Source: Burkholderiales bacterium (GTDB taxonomy: Bacteria > Pseudomonadota > Gammaproteobacteria > Burkholderiales > Burkholderiaceae_C). From it: a DNA stretch of 64,000 nt. Positions 63,171 to 64,000 of the stretch are shown piece by piece. Within the stretch, counting starts at the first letter, position 1; every line of letters starts with the position of its first letter. Position numbers and translations under genes: made by a program. The notes under the pieces were generated by a model that was given only the letters and a program-made list of their open reading frames with translations, was not told where the DNA came from and did not search any database. The stretch is taken from positions 231,068 to 295,067 of the forward strand of contig QBMB01000001.1 in NCBI GenBank assembly GCA_003241965.1, in the 5' to 3' direction.

Positions 63171-64000
63171 ATGAACCAATCCCCACGCAAGCGCACTCGC
63201 CAGACGGGATTGACGCTACTCGAGCTTCTGATTTCACTCAGCATCCTGGGCGGCGTCGTCGTGGGTATCACGCAGCTGGTGGAAGACGCAGGAGACGACA
63301 CCCGCGCCGCCATCACAGCCTTGCACACTCGCACGGTCGGCAACGCGGCCAGTGCCTACATCAAGGACAACTACGCGGCGATCTCAGCCGTGGCCACGAC
63401 TGCCGCTCCCGTTCTCATCCGGGTGCCAGACCTCATCGCGACGGGCTATCTGACCGCTGGCTTTTCCGTCACGAACGCCCGTCTGCAGTCCACCTGCGTC
63501 CTCGTGCTTGAGCCAACGCCCAACCGTCTCACCGGGTTGGTGATTACCGAAGGCGGAGACACCATCGATGACCTCACCTTGGGCCAGATCGCTGCGACGA
63601 TTGGGGGCTCGGGCGGTGGAATCTATTCGACCGCTCCCACCGTGATCCAGGGCGCCATGGGTGGGTACAACTTTCCAGTGGGCGCATACGGGAACCCCAA
63701 CTCACTGGGCCAGCGGTGCGACGGCACTCCCGGAAACATCGCCGTGGCAGCGGGCCACCCAGTGATGGCGCTCCCATACGCCGATGGCGCACAAGGCGCA
63801 TCGACCTTGTACCGCGATGCCGTCCCGGGAAACCCATCGCTCAACACCATGAACACGCCCATCCTGATGGGAGTCGGGTCGCAACAAACTATTGGTGACG
63901 CCTGCGCCACCGTAGGCGCGATTGGATCCAGCGCAACGGGCGCTGTGCTCGCTTGTGAGGGTGGGGTGTGGAAGCAGGGAGGCAGTGCGTTTTGGGCGGA
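63171..64000 (+). CDS. pilV: PilV-type adhesin 2, 3'-truncated by window edge
   Basis: Manual translation MNQSPRKRTRQTG|LTLLELL... open to base 64000; closely paralogous to adhesin 1 (LYRDAVPGNPSLNTMNTPILMG, LACEGGVWKQGGSAFW). Not in the ORF track because no stop is in the window. Confidence 0.9.
   Translation, partial: MNQSPRKRTRQTGLTLLELLISLSILGGVVVGITQLVEDAGDDTRAAITALHTRTVGNAASAYIKDNYAAISAVATTAAPVLIRVPDLIATGYLTAGFSVTNARLQSTCVLVLEPTPNRLTGLVITEGGDTIDDLTLGQIAATIGGSGGGIYSTAPTVIQGAMGGYNFPVGAYGNPNSLGQRCDGTPGNIAVAAGHPVMALPYADGAQGASTLYRDAVPGNPSLNTMNTPILMGVGSQQTIGDACATVGAIGSSATGAVLACEGGVWKQGGSAFWA

Larger units (their letters stand above)
1..64000. mobile_element. Backbone of a large conjugative plasmid or ICE (MOBH-like/TraD + VirB/Trb T4SS + type IVb pilus + PRTRC)
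   Basis: Contiguous relaxase-like, coupling protein, virB1-6/8-11-like, pil, ssb, primase, UvrD and FlhDC-like regulator genes; no housekeeping genes. No rep or integrase seen. Confidence 0.9.

Noticed and set aside
1-64000. rRNA, tRNA, integrase/att site, rep gene, antibiotic resistance genes
   Set aside because: None recognised in this window.

Overview
The whole window is one backbone segment of a large, GC-rich conjugative element, probably betaproteobacterial (inferred from gene content). No rep gene or integrase lies in the window, so plasmid versus ICE is unresolved. Gene order: a PRTRC ubiquitin-like operon (E, C/Ubl, F, B/E2, A/JAB, ThiF/E1); an acyltransferase, UvrD helicase, AcaB/DUF1845-like regulator and Lnt/TraB-like membrane protein; a 434-bp tandem array of structured leaders each followed by a ~45-aa membrane peptide; a CobS/MoxR-type AAA, SSB, a class II ribonucleotide reductase (nrdJ) broken by one in-frame TAA, DUF3150, a CobT-like VWA protein and a primase; a CI-like repressor divergent from FlhD/FlhC-like activators; a MobH-like relaxase and TraD coupling protein, both with degenerate catalytic motifs; a VirB/Trb-type T4SS; and a type IVb pilus locus ending in two tandem pilV adhesins. 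The most striking feature is a catalytically intact tnpB with no tnpA. It sits between two diverged, in-frame 192-bp copies of the 3' end of the conjugative lytic transglycosylase gene. The upstream copy keeps a putative TTAC TAM but has synonymous mismatches to the predicted guide; the downstream copy is the guide source and lacks the TAM. This architecture suggests an RNA-guided homing element with a recoded rescue copy (inference). All family assignments come from motif recognition by eye, without database searches.
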